From: Glaucostegus cemiculus
Taxonomy: Eukaryota
Assembly: GCA_976551045.1 (NCBI GenBank)
Contig: CDPCPM010000281.1
Coordinates: forward strand, 14,322,001 to 14,386,000
Reading direction: 5' to 3'
Length of the DNA stretch: 64,000 bases
Part shown: positions 10,871 to 24,920 of the stretch, piece by piece
Layout of the letters: every line of letters begins with the position of its first letter
How positions within the stretch are numbered: the first letter of the stretch is position 1
Notes under the pieces: model-generated
Database searches by the model: none
The model's input: only the letters and a program-made list of their open reading frames with translations
What the model was told of the DNA's origin: nothing
Made by a program: the position numbers and the translations under genes

Positions 10871-11249
10871 CCCCACACCCTTTTCTCTCGTGCCTGGTAC
10901 AAGATTTACAATAATCTAGAGCAACACAACAATCTCTCTTTCTAGGTGAGCCCTCAAGAGAAGTTGTGGAAAATCTGCTGGTGGTGTGTTGGTGAAATGT
11001 AAATGAAGTTGTCCCAGGAAGTCTCCTGATGCAGTTCCAAAGCCCTCAGCAACCCTCCAACCCTGATGCATTATAAGGTCATGCACTTGTAATTAACATC
11101 CAAAATCCTCAGTAGCTTATTCTGACGAGTTGGTTGCTGTTGGAATGAGGCCTTAGATCAAGTCTATCCTCCAAAATGTCGTCCAGTCTTGTTAATGAGT
11201 ATTGGCGATTTAGTTAACATCCTCTCAGCAGCTGAAGGGAATGAGCATG

Positions 11250-13450
11250 AGTTGCAATTAACAATAACTACGGAGAATGAACTCCTGGAGAATGGGAATC
11301 TTTTTGGACCAATAATTTGAGGAGCTGTCCAGCAAACAGGATTTCCTACATTGGGTATGGTGCACTGAGGAGGGTCCAATTAATAATCTCGTTTGTGTGG
11401 GCTCCTTCAGAGAAGAGTGACCCTAACATGAGAGAATTCTTCATTAAGTTGCAAAGTGAAGAAATTCAATTTGAGATTAGGATTTCAACTTTAAATGACA
11501 ATAACAACAAAGGTATAAATTGGCTGTGATAGATTGGCAAACCTTATCAAGAGACATGAGGGTGGATATACAATGATTGACATTAGAGGGACGGGTGCAA
11601 GAACTGCAATGTTTGTATCTTCCTTTCTGGAGCAAGAGTACAAAAGGATAAGCAACACAACCATGGTTTACAAGTGACCCAGAAGCATGTAAAGTCATCA
11701 GTAAAAACATCAGGCATGAGGTTTGGATGTATATTAGAATTTACCAGAAAAGGAGCAAGAGTTTGATGAAGAGAGGGAAAGTAGAACATGAGTGAAAGCT
11801 TCCATAGAACATAAAGGTGGTCTGTAAAAGCCTCTACAAGGATACAAGACAAAAGATTACTAAGGAGGATTTATAAAGGGGATAATGAATGGAAGAGCAA
11901 TTAAACAAGTACTTTGGTTCTGTCTTCACGGAAGAGGATACAAATAACACCCCAGAAATGCTCTGAACCAGCAATATAATAAAAAGGAGGAATAAAAGGA
12001 TAATAGTAAAAAATTACACTGGAGAAATTAATGGCACTAAATGCTGGTACATCCCAAGGGTCTGATAATTGCATTCCACAATAGTAAAAGAGATAACTAT
12101 GGAACTCATGGATGCATTGTTTGTCACCTTCCATAGTTCTATAGATTAGGGAAAAGTTCTTGTAGATTTAAGTTGCAAATGGAACCCCTATAATTAAAAA
12201 AAGAACAGAAAGAGAAAACCAGGAACTATAGACCCATTAAGCTAATGTCAGTAGTTGGGAAAATGATGGAGTTAATTATAACGAATAGAATTGTAGGGCA
12301 TATAGGAAGTATCAAAGGATTAGATGAAGTCAATATGACCTTATAAAAGAGAAATGGTGTTTGATAAACCTACTAGAGTTTGGAGGAAACTTATATTTTG
12401 TAATGGATAAAATGATAAGGGAGAACTAGTGGATGGTAGATTTGGATTTAAGAAGGCCATTGATAAGGTTACTATGCAAAATTAAAACACATGGGATTGG
12501 TGGTAATGTACTGGCATGAATTGAAAGTTGGTGACAGAGAGTAAGAATAAAAGGGTCTTCCTTGGGTGGAAGAGATCAGTGCTTGATTTCACAACATATG
12601 TCAATGATTTGGATGAGGAAACCAAATGCAATATTTCTAAGTTCGCCAATCACATTAAATTAGGATCTTGAGTTGTGAAGAGGATGCAAACAGACCTTTT
12701 AGACAAATTGAGTCAGTTATCCACTTTAATAAGAAAGACAATATTATATGAATGATGAGAGGTTGGGAAATGGGATTTGGGTGTACTTATAGCACTGTTA
12801 CTGAAAGCAAGCAACAAGTAGCAAGCAATTAAGAAGGCAGATGGTATGTTGGTCTTCACTGCAAGGAGGTTTGAGAACAGGAGCAAGGATATCTTGCTGC
12901 AATTGTACAGGGCTAAGGCAAGAACACACATACTGAGTGCAGTGTTGTTCTCTTTATCTAAGAAAGGACCCTGTCAGAGAGGGAGTACAGTGAAGGTTCA
13001 CCAGACTGAATACCCGGAATGGCAGGACTGTTGTATGAGGAGGGATTGGGTTGATAGGGCCTTTTTTCACAACAGTTCAGAAGAATGAGAGGGGATATCA
13101 GTGAAAGGAACTACATTCTGATAGGGCTTGACAGACTGGATGCAGGAAGGATGATCTCCTTGATGTAGTGTCTAGAAACAGGGGTCACATCTCAGGATCT
13201 GGGTGAGCCATTTAGGGATGAGATGAGAAGAAGTTTCTTTACTCGGAGGGTGGAGAACTTGTAGAATTTGCTACCATGGAAGTTGGTGAAAGCCAAGCTA
13301 TGGGAAATGGGTTTTGGATATATATCTCCTTTTTTTTTAATTAGGAAGGAGGTAGATATGTTTCTAGACACAGAAGGGACTATTAGGTATGGGGGCAGGG
13401 GTGGTAAAACTGAAATGTGGCATTGAGATACAGGAACTTTTATGTTTCTG
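11250..13450 (+). mobile_element. CR1 LINE ORF2 remnant with frameshifts and deletions
   Basis: LNKYFGSVFTEEDT (11900s), PGNYRPIKLMSVVGKM (12210s), ARRFENRSKDILLQLYRA (12846-13088) and a CR1 3' region (ttctttactcggagggtgg). Confidence 0.85.
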
Positions 13451-14499
13451 TGTTTCATGTCCCAATGGCTATAACCTCCTCTTCCAAACCACGTTGCTCC
13501 CTTCATCTTTCCCTTCTCTGTGATCTCCCACAGCCCCAGAGCCTGTAAGTGCTTTTCCAGTTCTTTGTGTTCCACACTGCCCCCTCCCGGCTCCAATGCT
13601 CCTGTGCTTCGAGGCTCCCTTACACCACACTGACTTCTGCTCACTTCTCTCCCGGAATATTTGGCTCTGCTTTTGTCCCATCCCTGTCCCTGCTCCTCTT
13701 CCTTTCTCCCCACTGTTCAGACTCATTTTTTTCACTTAGCCACTCTAACACACCCTTTATTAACTCTTGTCTAACAATCCTCCTTAAATTAATCTGAATA
13801 TTCTTCTTTAAGCACCTAATATTAATTCTTTTAATGCCAGGTCCCTCTAAATACCCACTCATCCTACTCCTGATTTGAATTTTATCGTTGAATACTCTTG
13901 TGTTCTTGTGGTAAGTCCTTTGTGTCAAATCCCAAGGCAGCTCACAGTCTGGAATTTGCTGAGAGGGACCTAACCCCACATGTCCCATTCGGAATTCCCA
14001 TTGTCTCACAGCTGGTACAGATATGGAAGGTGGCCAAGAGGATCCTGGACCTAATTAAATTGCATTAGGAACTTGCGCACAACATAATCAGATGAGATTG
14101 GTGGGACTGAAAGAGCCCCACCCATGAAACTACTGAAGAAACCTTTGACAGACAGCAAAGCCACCTGTCACAGCTGTCAAATGTTTGGAATGCTTGTGAA
14201 CGTCTCTCACATTCTGAAGAATTCAAAACCAATTAAAAATAAAATAAACAATAAAAGCATATAAATTATTACATTTAAATAATACATTTCAATTTGCCAG
14301 TGTTAACACTGAAAGTCCATGCTCTTATGCTGAGTGTGTGGTGAGGGATTTGCTGTCTGGAATCTGTCAGCCAATTTGGGACTCGCAAACCTCCAAATTT
14401 CTGTGGAATAAATGCTGAATGCTTGCTGTGATATTTCAGCCTGTTTTAAATATAACTCTGGGCATTAGGACAAGCAAACAAACATTCAGTCAGATAAGT

Positions 14500-14600
14500 A
14501 GATTGTAAAGGGTGTCTTAAAGAAGGAGAGATAATGAGGCAGAGAGGCCTAGGAGGGAATTCTAGTGCTTAATGCCTTGGCAGCTGAAGGCATGATAGGG
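14500..14600 (-). mobile_element. L2 LINE 3' fragment
   Basis: gtcttaaagaaggagag...agggagggaattctag...ggcagctgaaggc is the reverse complement of the L2 tail. Confidence 0.45.
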
Positions 14601-16439
14601 AATGTATGTCCTGGTTATTATAGTGATTATAGTTCTTCCCCCTAGCATTAGCGTTTCATCCTCGGTGCAATGTTATTTTGCTTTCTAAGTGCTTAACATT
14701 TGTAGAACATTTCACAAAATTACTATCTTTTATCGTGTTTTCATTCAAAAATAATTATTAATTTTGTCCCCTTTTTAATCAATTCATCCTTGGGGAGAGA
14801 AGCTCCAGCCAAAATCTATTATCAGGAAAGAAGAGAAAATGTGTTGGCAATTTATCTGTGTTCACTTAGTAACTCACAAGTGGTCTGACAATGCTGTCTC
14901 AAAAGGGAGGGCTCTTATTGGCTACCTAATGACTTTCTCAAGTACACCTGTGTGCTTCTCCAACTAAATAAGTCTTATGTTAATCTCAATATCCATTCTT
15001 CTGCTTCCTGCCAAGTGTTCCATTGAATAGTGCAATCCACTTATTGGCTTCTAACCTGAACTCATTAAAATGATTCAATGCTCAAAATAGATCTCTTTTC
15101 TATCCTATATATGCAGGATTTAACATTGATTTAAAATCTGAGAATCAAAACTGGTTTCTATCAATGGACCAGGGCTGTTGAAGAGGTATTTAAGGTTCCT
15201 TCATGGTGAGCCATCTAACAAAGCTATTTAGTGCTGTAAACGGCTCAGTGTAGGCACGTGATAGATTATTTCAAAGTCTGTGTCCTACAATTGGATCTTC
15301 AGACAAGCTGTAAGCTACTGGCGTGATCCAAAGAACACAAACAACAAAAAGGAATTATGGTTTGGTTTAGACCGCAGTCAAATTCTGATTCCTTCAGAAC
15401 ATTTTTTTATGAATTGCTTCTTCTACCATCCATTTTGCCATGATTCTTGATTGGCTTGTTCCAGAGCTCATAGATATCAGCTTGCTGGCAATCTCTGTTA
15501 TTTTTTTCAGATATTTTTCCAAGCACCGTGTTCTGAGGTCCATTAGAATTGGCTGCTCTCTAGTCTGTTATAATTGTCACACTCCCCTCTGGACCCTTCA
15601 TGTGATACCAGATGAAAGAAATTATATTCCAGTCTGTCTCCAATCTTGCAACCACGTCCAAAAGTCATCAGTACTCAGTGGATGTGGTGGACCATTCTCA
15701 GGGCCTACAGCATTTTGGGAGCCTATCATGGAGTGGGGGCGGGTCCACCAGTGACACACTGATGAAGCCCCACCTCCCAAACATTGCGGATTACTTTGAC
15801 GGCTGGCAAAGCCCCTCCCCCAGCTCTCCCAGCTTCAAAAGCTGCGGGGCATTTTTAATTGTTTTTAAATTAGCTTGATGTTCATTCAGTCTTTTGAAAG
15901 CTATTAAAAATGAAGTAAATAATTAAAATAAATTAAAAATGATTAAACATTAAAACAGATATCAAAGTTATATAAGCTAAGATATATAAGTTAATTAAAA
16001 CACATCAATAGTTAAAAACTAATGTGAAGTAATTTAAAGAAGGGACTACCTCCTATTTATCCAAAGCCCAACAATTACCATTGAAATCAAAGGAGCCTCA
16101 GATCATGATCCAGGTCCAATTTCTGAGCATAATTCCAGGAAAGCTCAGCAAGACAGGGCTCTGCCACTGGATTTCACAGGAAGTCCAAAAATGGATTAAA
16201 CTGACAAGACTCTGTCTTCCAAATCTGTTGACAGTTCCTAGATCTCTGTGCCTCATGATGCACATGTGGAAATATGGGACTCCCTGCTTTTTAAATCCCA
16301 AAACCGAGAAAGTGTGAGATCTACCCCGTTGGGTTCTTTCATTATTTCCTGTACATTTGCTTCCTGCATGAAGTTTTAGAGAGATGTTTCTGGCCCTTGA
16401 TCATAAGGAACTCCCCTGCTCATGTAACTGTTCATCTTC

Positions 16440-16650
16440 TGCCTCTTCCACTTCTTCTTTTCCTTCATGGACAGTCACTTGGAATCAAGGATGACTTGCT
16501 TCCACTCCACTTTTGTGGGTTTGAGGTGACTGATGAGGCTAATGGGGCAAGATTTAGCTGGTGGGGCAGGTTCGTGAGGCTGTGGCCTTCTTCTGCTACG
16601 TGGGCACGGCCTCTGTGTGCTCTTGATGCATGGCCTCGAGCTTCTCCACT
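16440..16650 (-). mobile_element. RTE-clade LINE 3' end fragment
   Basis: ttcttc tail then ggacagtcacttggaatcaaggatgacttgcttccac, a 3' end I associate with elasmobranch RTE elements; family call is from pattern memory. Confidence 0.5.
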
Positions 16651-16659
16651 TTTATATTT

Positions 16660-17060
16660 CAAAAATATATTTTATTTATAAATATATATACAGGAAATGT
16701 AATACAATCAGTGCATATCTTTTTTAATATTCAATGTGTCATCAAACCAATACTTTATATTTAGGAACCATCAATGGCGCTCACATTTGCTGTTTAATCA
16801 ATACACTCATTAAGTATTTGAGAGGCTGGATCCAGTCCCTTGGTGTCCAGTGGCAGCAGGGACTTAGACTCTGGTCCTTCCCCACAGAGCCTCTGCGATG
16901 GCTGCACTGAGCTTCAGTGTGTCCCTCAGCATATATACCTACAGCCTGCAATGTGCCAGTTGGCAGCGTTCACTTACAGACATCTTGTTGCACTGGAAGA
17001 CCAACAAGCTTCAGGCAAACCAAAGTGCATCTTTCATCAAGTAGATAATCTTCCAGATTC
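16660..17060 (-). mobile_element. Tx1-like (L1 clade) LINE 3' fragment
   Basis: tttatttataaa tail, then gtccctcagcatatatac...aatgtgccagttggcagc...gaagaccaacaag, homologous to 31345-31800. Confidence 0.65.
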
Positions 17061-19059
17061 TCTACTTTGACTGATCATGGTCCTGCAATTCCCAAGAGTC
17101 AGTCATTAGTTCCCTCCAATGTCCCTTCCATTACTGTCTGGTGATCTCCCTCTCTTTCTCTGTGCCCAGAACTCAGGCACTTCAGCAACAAAATAAACTG
17201 TTATCCCTGAAAGTTCCCAGCTTTGACTTTTTGTGAGCACTGCTATAGAGATGCAAGAATTTACCTACGGTTAAGAAATATTGAAAGGAATGTGGTTAGG
17301 AATTTTCAGAAACATTCTGTGATACCTTGCCAATCATATAATAACCTACATACAAACCTTTTCAGCTTCTGACATTCTTACTGTATATAAATACACCAAA
17401 ATATTATCTTCTTGTTATGTATATAGGAATGTCAACAATCAAGAACCTCCATATGTGCAAGTGCAAGTAAAAATGTTTTCATTTTCAAATGTCCATTGTA
17501 TTCCCTATACATTTTAAATCTCGGCTTGTCTCAGTAACATCTCACTACTGCCATCTCTGAGCCAGAAGACAATGGGTACAAGGCCTTTCCAACCCAGCCA
17601 TCCTCCAGAATGGAGTATACATTCAGTGCAGTGCTCAGGGAGCATAACAATGTGAACGATGCTTTCTATTCCATGTATTGTTTGAAGGAATGCCAAATGT
17701 ACTGCTCAGGAAGATGTAGGGAAGTCACAGGCACTATTCTCAAAACATCAAGGGTTTCCTTCTGGCAGCATTTACTGTTTTATATAAAAAAATGCAAAGT
17801 AACTCATCATCCATCTTCAATCTAATCGTTAAACGTTATTGTGCACAAAATGGCTGATGCAATTTTCCACAAAATAATTCAGTTTGTTAGCATCTAGTTC
17901 GCTCTGAAGGTTGTTGCAAACCAAATTCAGACATGAAAGAGCAAACCAGCCCAGAGGAACGGAGCCTGACTTAAGTGGAACCGCCGTTTCCTGATGCCAT
18001 CACATGCCAGTTCATCCATGGGCTCAAGTACAGGGATTATCTAGAGGTATGAGGTAAGGATCCAGGACCAAGTCAGTTCTTTCAAAAGCAAATTAAGTGA
18101 GAGCTAAGGTATGCAATGGAGCCACTCTTAACTGCAGAGCGATGCACTGTGCCTCACCCCCCCCTGGCCTGCCCCACCCTTTATCACAACCCACCCCCCT
18201 CCCTGTCTGTGGAGTACCCGTGTGTGCATTCAGCAGTGCCCCTGTTGCTGCCTGTTGATGCTGCTATCACTCCCACCGGCTTATATGGATTTCAGTTTAG
18301 GTGAGGGAATATCTCCCAGATCTCACAGTTGGGGGATCAGAGTGATTTCTCATCCACTTTGTTCTCCAGTTCCTGTCCCACATTGCAATCAGTCCTTAAA
18401 GATCTATTATTAATCTATGTTATACTCTTTCAATATACTTGGTAATGAAACATTTTGCCTAGATTGCTACTGTTTGCCATTAATTCCAACATCATTTGCA
18501 AATGCAAATTCATTACTTACAAATTCACTGGGCACACATTCATAAAAGTGTATCACTTGTTCAGTCAATCATTACTTGTACATTATTAAATTACATGTGC
18601 AGTTTGCTTATTTATTCCAGTACTCATTAACCTGGAAATAGTATTTCACCTACTTTTTGGGCAATTAAACAGTATTGTGTTTGGCAAGGGAGCCAGATCA
18701 ATCCCCCCCCCTTCAAAAAAAAAATCACAAAATTGGTCAAACTAAGGTTTGAAATTATGTTAGAGAAGTTTACACCCAGAAAGGAATCAACAACAGGCCT
18801 TCACCACACAACTGACAGCACTTCAATGTGTGCCAGCCAGAAAAAGGGGCGGCCCCCAAACTGTCACACTGCCCCGACAATCAGACTGCAGCAGGAGGGA
18901 CATCCTGTGTGCTGGGGATAAGGGAGGAGAGGGCAAATGGGGGTGGAGTTTGGGTGCAGGAATCTGGCAAGGGGTACCTTCAGAAGAGGTTGGCAGGAAG
19001 TAATGGCAGTCTTCACACGCACACACACACATGTGCACTTACAGGTTCATGAACCTACC

Positions 19060-19320
19060 TTCACAATCCTAACTCTACCTCAGCAATGGAACACTATGAA
19101 CCACCTCATGAACTACCATGGATTTGTTTTCGATTGTGTCGGTTGTTTTTCCACTATGGTCTTACTTTTGCACAGTGATTTTTTTCACTATATTGCATAA
19201 TTTTTATGTATAATTTACATGTAATTTTTTGTCTGTACCGTGGTGCCTGTGATACTGCTGCAAGTTTTACATTGCACTATACCTCACCATTATTCTGCAC
19301 ATACTGTAAAAATAAATGAC
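19060..19320 (+). mobile_element. Rex1-like LINE 3' UTR fragment
   Basis: ctaactctacctcagcaatggaacac...gtgcctgtgatactgctgcaagttttacattgcac...aataaa followed by a tgact repeat tail. Confidence 0.45.
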
Positions 19321-19929
19321 TTGACATGCACGTGCACACACACACACGTACCCAAACACACATGCACACATATGTACACAGACATACACATCAACACAAG
19401 AGTACGCGCCTCAACCTCACCATTGACATGTTATTCTCTCCACCCTCTAAAAGAGGTAAAGTCTGAGTATGTTCAATAATGAATTGGTCCTTCACTTCCC
19501 CCATTTAGGCTTAAACAATAAGGGACAGAGAGGGTTACCTACATGGGAGGAGGGAGTTCAAATGCAGTGCCTCATTGAGTTGGAGGAAACAATCCTTCTC
19601 CTCACAGAGGCACAACCACCTCACAGAGACACTGCAGGAACTCTGCCATGAATGCTCATAAACAAGCTTTCACTGTGATTACATCTTCTTTGTCTTGAGC
19701 AAACTTTCTCATTACCACCTCGGCTGCCTCATCCCCATGAAGATATTCTCGGAGCAGCTCACAAGTGCAATTACCTTTGGTGTCGCATTTGCAAAATCTG
19801 AGAAGTGACTCCCTTTTCCATCTCATCAGCACAGCAGGAAACAGACTGGGGGAGGGGTGTGGTCCTGCTGATCTTCCCTCTGGTGAGCCCTGCACCTGAT
19901 TCCCTACGGCTGATGCCAGACTGCACCCT

Positions 19930-20030
19930 ACAGTCCAGACAAAGGATGTGGACCTGAAACATCAACTGTCCATTTCCCTCTACAGTTGCTACCTGAACCA
20001 CTGAATTCCTCCAACAGCTTGTTTTTTGCA
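19930..20030 (+). mobile_element. Penelope-like terminal fragment with decayed hammerhead motif
   Basis: cagtccagacaaagg...gacctgaaacatcaactg...ctgaattcctccaacag is collinear with 46730-46830. Confidence 0.5.
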
Positions 20031-23000
20031 ACCTACCAGTGTATCTTCCTGTGATATGTCCCTTTAACCTAATCTGCTCAACCCTTCCTGTTCCAATCAC
20101 TAGGATGGTGGTGTGGGACTTCAGGCACAATGATACATCATGGTCTTCTTCATCAGTCTCCTTTCCCCACAGCAGGGAGGTGATGGCCACCAAGGAGACA
20201 TGGCAACATAGTGTTTGGGCATCAAAACCCACCAACAAGATTCTCAAATGGAAAAAGTGTGAGGGTGTGTAACTTTCAAGGCATATGTAACTTTCCATTT
20301 ATGTATTATTTGATATTACTTTGTTATAAATGATTCTCAATACATCAATTCTGTTCACCTTCATTCTCCTTTAGGACAATTACAAAACGGTGTGCATAGA
20401 TAAGTCACACTGGTGTGGCAGCTGCTGGCATTGCTGCATATCCTACAGCCTCACTTAGAAAATTTGCCAAAATCATTCCTGTCTTTCAAGCATAAATGCA
20501 CAAACCTTGACTTCCACTAGTCATTGAGTGCTGTCTTCCCTTTAAGTGTGATAATCCCAATTCAGCAAAGCACATGATGTTGAAATGATTTGACTGTTGC
20601 CCTAGATGCCATGTTATTCTGGCAATGATTGCCCATGACCTTCAAAACAATATTGTTTACTATCCTGTGATTCTTATCCCCTGCCTGTTTTTACAATACT
20701 TACCATGGCTAACCCTAAGGGAGGGACCAGCTAGGAACTGAGAAAGATGGGACATCATGTTTTAAAACATCATCTCTACATTGCCTCTTGACTAGAAATT
20801 CTCTTTAATGGGGGAGATTGAAATGAGATTAAATGAGAGATTTAATGAAAAGTGATTGCTTATGCTACACTGGTCACGTCCCGACATTGTGAGATGAAAA
20901 AGTATGATCCTTCATCAGTCGGCCTTGTTCATTTCTGAAGCTAAGCAATGAGGCTGCCCAATGTCAGCAGGCTACCTTTAAACAGAAAAAAGCAAGAACT
21001 TTACACAAAGAGGTCCCATTTGCACTGAGACTGTTGTGCAATGATCAGTTTGGAGCATTGAGCTCCAACTTACCTTGGTGCAGGCAGAAATATGCCTTGT
21101 CATTAGGTCATGTCACTAGGTGCCTACTTGACAAGAAAAACTGTCAGCCAAACTCTTGTGGACAATGGACAGAGATTTTTGGTCCAGTTTTGGAGTTGGC
21201 TAATTGCACTCAAGGTGACGGAAGCAACAGTCTCTTCTGTGTAAAATTATCTTTTGACTCTGTCACATTTAAAAACAATCCTTAATGGTGCAATGTCCAG
21301 ACTATTGTCCATACTTTCTTGCATACATGGACATTATGTATTTGTCTCCACAAACATCTTTACTGTTTATTTCCTATTATCCCATTTATTACAAATAACT
21401 TTGCTCTAAGTAGCAATCAGCAAAATTAATTCATACAGTTAATAGTATTGAAGTAACTTAAATTCATATTAAAGTAGGTTAGAAGTATTGAATATTAAAC
21501 ATTCAACAACTCATTTTATTAAATAGATAAAAATGGAAAGATAACAATTAAATATCTCAATTTAGCTTCTGAAGAATCAATATTGTCTCATGTTCAAAAT
21601 CAAGTCTAATGGAATTATGTCAAATTAAGATGGAGGCTTCTTCTGTATGCATTAACCCTGAAGGCATGTGTGGAAGAGATTCATCTTCTGCTCATGCTGA
21701 AAGATGGGTCAGGAGGAATACAGAAATGCCACCGTCCCATTAGAGATCTAACCAGCAACTGAATGAGGCGCTTTAACTCAGCAACACCAGGATTTGACCT
21801 TGGACCACTCCATCTGTACAGTTTAATTATCCAAGATAAACTCACTGAGGCGTACGATGAGCCAAGGATAAGTCTGGTCCTTGCCACTAATAAGATTGTT
21901 TTCCCATAACGTAATGGTATATTTACAGAAGAAAACCCTTGCAAAGCCAATTAATGTTCTGTTAATTAACCCTGACCAAAACGAAACAAATACATGGGTG
22001 AAAAGGGGATTGAAGATTATTGGCCCAAAGGCAGAAAGGAATTATTAATTAGTTTGTAAAGAGAAACACATCTTGTGTGGAATAGATTGATAAGGATACT
22101 GAAGGACATATTGCTCATGTTTTTTTCAAGGTCAGGTTGACTAAAGGAGGATTACATCATTGGTCCTATCAGCTAGGACAGGAGACAGTGGATCATGTAG
22201 ATACCTGACCCTCAGGTTCCACAGGGTTTCCCAATCCACTCCTGTAATTCAACTGGGAGATCAATGGAACATTGGAGAAGTAGTGTAAGCAGATATTTCT
22301 TGGTGTCCCACTGAATTTACAAAAGCTGAATGTGAGAAATTCTAGGTGATATTGACTTTTAGCCTCAGAGTTTTCCATTTCATTATATCGGACCAAACAA
22401 CAAGCAAATGTAGACAGTGAAAGTTAAAGAATGTAAGTGCTTTCTTTGTGAGATTACATGGATTGCATCTTCAATCATAATGCAGAGTGAGGTGTTAGAA
22501 TGACTGTTTCTGGGTTCACCCACATTAGTTGAAATACACTGGACAGGAAGGGGGTAGTAACCCTGGTGTCACTTTCTGTTTCCTGGGGTGTCTGTTGTCG
22601 GCCTATCCTGGGACAATGTGGTGTCACCTGTGCAACACCTGACTAGGAAGCCTGTAAGGTAGTAATTGACTTAGCTGCATCATTGGGCCCCTTCACACCT
22701 ACAGTGAAACAACACTCCTAAAATGCCCAGTGAGACTGCCACACTCCCCACCCAACATGGTGACATTTTGCCCTTCCAAAGTTCTGCAAGTTCTGATGCA
22801 TTTCTTCCCCAGTTGTCCCACCTCTGAAAATCCCATCCCTCCCACTCCAGCCTCTTCCCCAGCTGCCCTCCACAACCCAGTGCCAACTGCTGGTCTCCCA
22901 CTCTTGATCCCAGCCTCCTCATCCCAAGCACTTGTCTCTAATGCTACCCCCACCCCCTCCCTCCCATACTGGACGACTAAAACCTTGGCCCTTGGATCAC

Positions 23001-24204
23001 ATTGCTGCACCAACCAACTTCATCTTTACAGGTGGACTAGAACTTTAAAACCAGGTGAGACTTTCAGCACTGGAGTTCCTTCTATAGTCTCTGGAGTCCC
23101 ACTGCATTGCTGCTGGATGGCACTTGGTACAGTAAGTGCTGTAGATTTACCCCCTGATCCTGGTGGAAGGAGCTTGTCTTGTCTTTCAGACTTGTGGAAC
23201 GTGCACAGACTCAGGAAGGCACCTGAATGAATGTTCAGCCTCACGTTGAGAAGCATTTGCTCACAGTACACCACTGAACATGAGTCCATCAACGCCGCTA
23301 ATAAGTTTGCATTAAGAAGGAGAGGTTTTGCAAACAGCCCCAGTCAATTTCAAATTTCCCAAACTGCTGTCTTCATGTTTTGAATCATCAATCAGAAATT
23401 CAAACCATTCAAACTAAACCAGGCAGTGGGGGAAACATCAGGTGACAGAGGTGGGCAGCGGGTGAAAACTGCTTGAAGTACTGGTGTTACTTAATATGGT
23501 TTAAGCAATACATTTGCCGTTGAAGCTTTTGGTCACAGCCACTTGTCTGATAAAAGCAGCTGCCCAGCATAAAGGGTGATGTGGAACATAGTGAAGACCA
23601 CAGTCAGATACTCAGAGAGCAGGATTTGAAGCAGCTAACACTGCAGCATGCACAAAGGATGTAAAAACACTCATCTGAAGAGCCAGGAAAGAGCTTGGTC
23701 ACACGTTCTGCGCACCACATCTATTTAATTAGTGTTTTAGCTTCTTGCAGTGGAAGGGGAAGAGTTGCCTAAACCCTGGGGAATCAGTGGTGTTTAAGTC
23801 TGAGCCCACACATAATGCACACTGCACATTGCAGGCACTGAGGGTCTCCTGGGCTTTGGCAGATCTTGTTTAACATTTATTTGGATTCAGTTCATTAGAA
23901 GCATAATTTAACCAGTGAGGAAATTGCTGTACAGGATTAGAGAAGTTAAACAAATAGCAAAATTCACTTAATAAACATGGATTCCATAGATCAGCCAAAT
24001 GAGTGAAACATTTTAAGAAGATTTAAAGTAAAACCTTTGTAATGATCCATCATTTAGTACTGCCTGTCAGTGAAACTTATAAATGTCTGTAAAATATATT
24101 TAGCAATTTAAGAAGTGTGGTAAAATTATAGACCGGTGAAAATGTGCCACGGCAGAACATTACAAAGAATTTAAATGTAAATGTAAATTACTTGCTACTG
24201 TAAC

Positions 24205-24585
24205 TCATTGCTCTCTCACTCCCCACTCTCTCACTCCCCATCCTCTCACTCGTCACTCTATCACTCCCCACCCTGATACTCCACATGTCACTCACCACCC
24301 TCTGATTCTCTGCACTATCATTGCTCACCCTGTCACTCTCCACCCTTTCTCTCCCATCTTGTCACTCCCCACACTCACTCTTTACCTACTCTCTCCCCAC
24401 CCTGCTATTCTCCACATTCCTCACCCTCTCACTCCCCAGCCTGTACCTCCCCTTGAGTCATTCCCAACACTCTCACTCTTCACCCTCCCACTCCCTATAC
24501 TGTCACTCTTCACCACGTTATTCCCCACCATGTCACTCCCTATCCTGTCTCTCTCTGCCATCATTCCCTGTCCTGTCACTCTGCA
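24205..24585. repeat. Degenerate CT/CA-rich minisatellite (ctcactcccca-like units)
   Basis: Repeated tcactc / ctcactcccca variants over about 380 bp. Confidence 0.8.
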
Positions 24586-24589
24586 CTGT

Positions 24590-24920
24590 GGATGGCAGAA
24601 CAACACAGCTAGTGGAGCTGCAGCAACCTGGGTTTAACCCTACCTCTGGAGCTGTTTGTGTGGAACTTGCATATTCTCCCTGTGACCACATGGGTTTCCT
24701 CCAAGTCTTCTGATTTCCTCCCACATCCCAAAGATGTGCAGGTCAGTAGGTTATTTGGCCTGCAGTCTGTAGATGAGTGGTAGTATCTGGCGGGAACTGT
24801 GGGGAGCCAAATATTGGGAGAATAAAATGAGTTAATGTAGGACTGGTGTAAATGGGTGCTGGTGGTCAACACGAAATTGGTGGGCCAAAGGGCCTCTTTG
24901 CCTGCTGTACACTCCCATGA
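24590..24920 (+). mobile_element. V-SINE (HE1-like)
   Basis: tRNA-like head (cctgggtttaaccc), V core ttctccctgtgaccacatgggtttcctcc...cccacatcccaaaga, CR1-like tail tgggccaaagggcct. Confidence 0.8.

Noticed and set aside
10946-11077. Exon-like block after acceptor ctctctttctag
   Set aside because: Stops in all three frames and a weak donor; no other support.
17931-18053. Block ending in strong donor GAG|gtaagg
   Set aside because: Stops in all frames from the nearest acceptor; the alternative acceptor lacks a pyrimidine tract.
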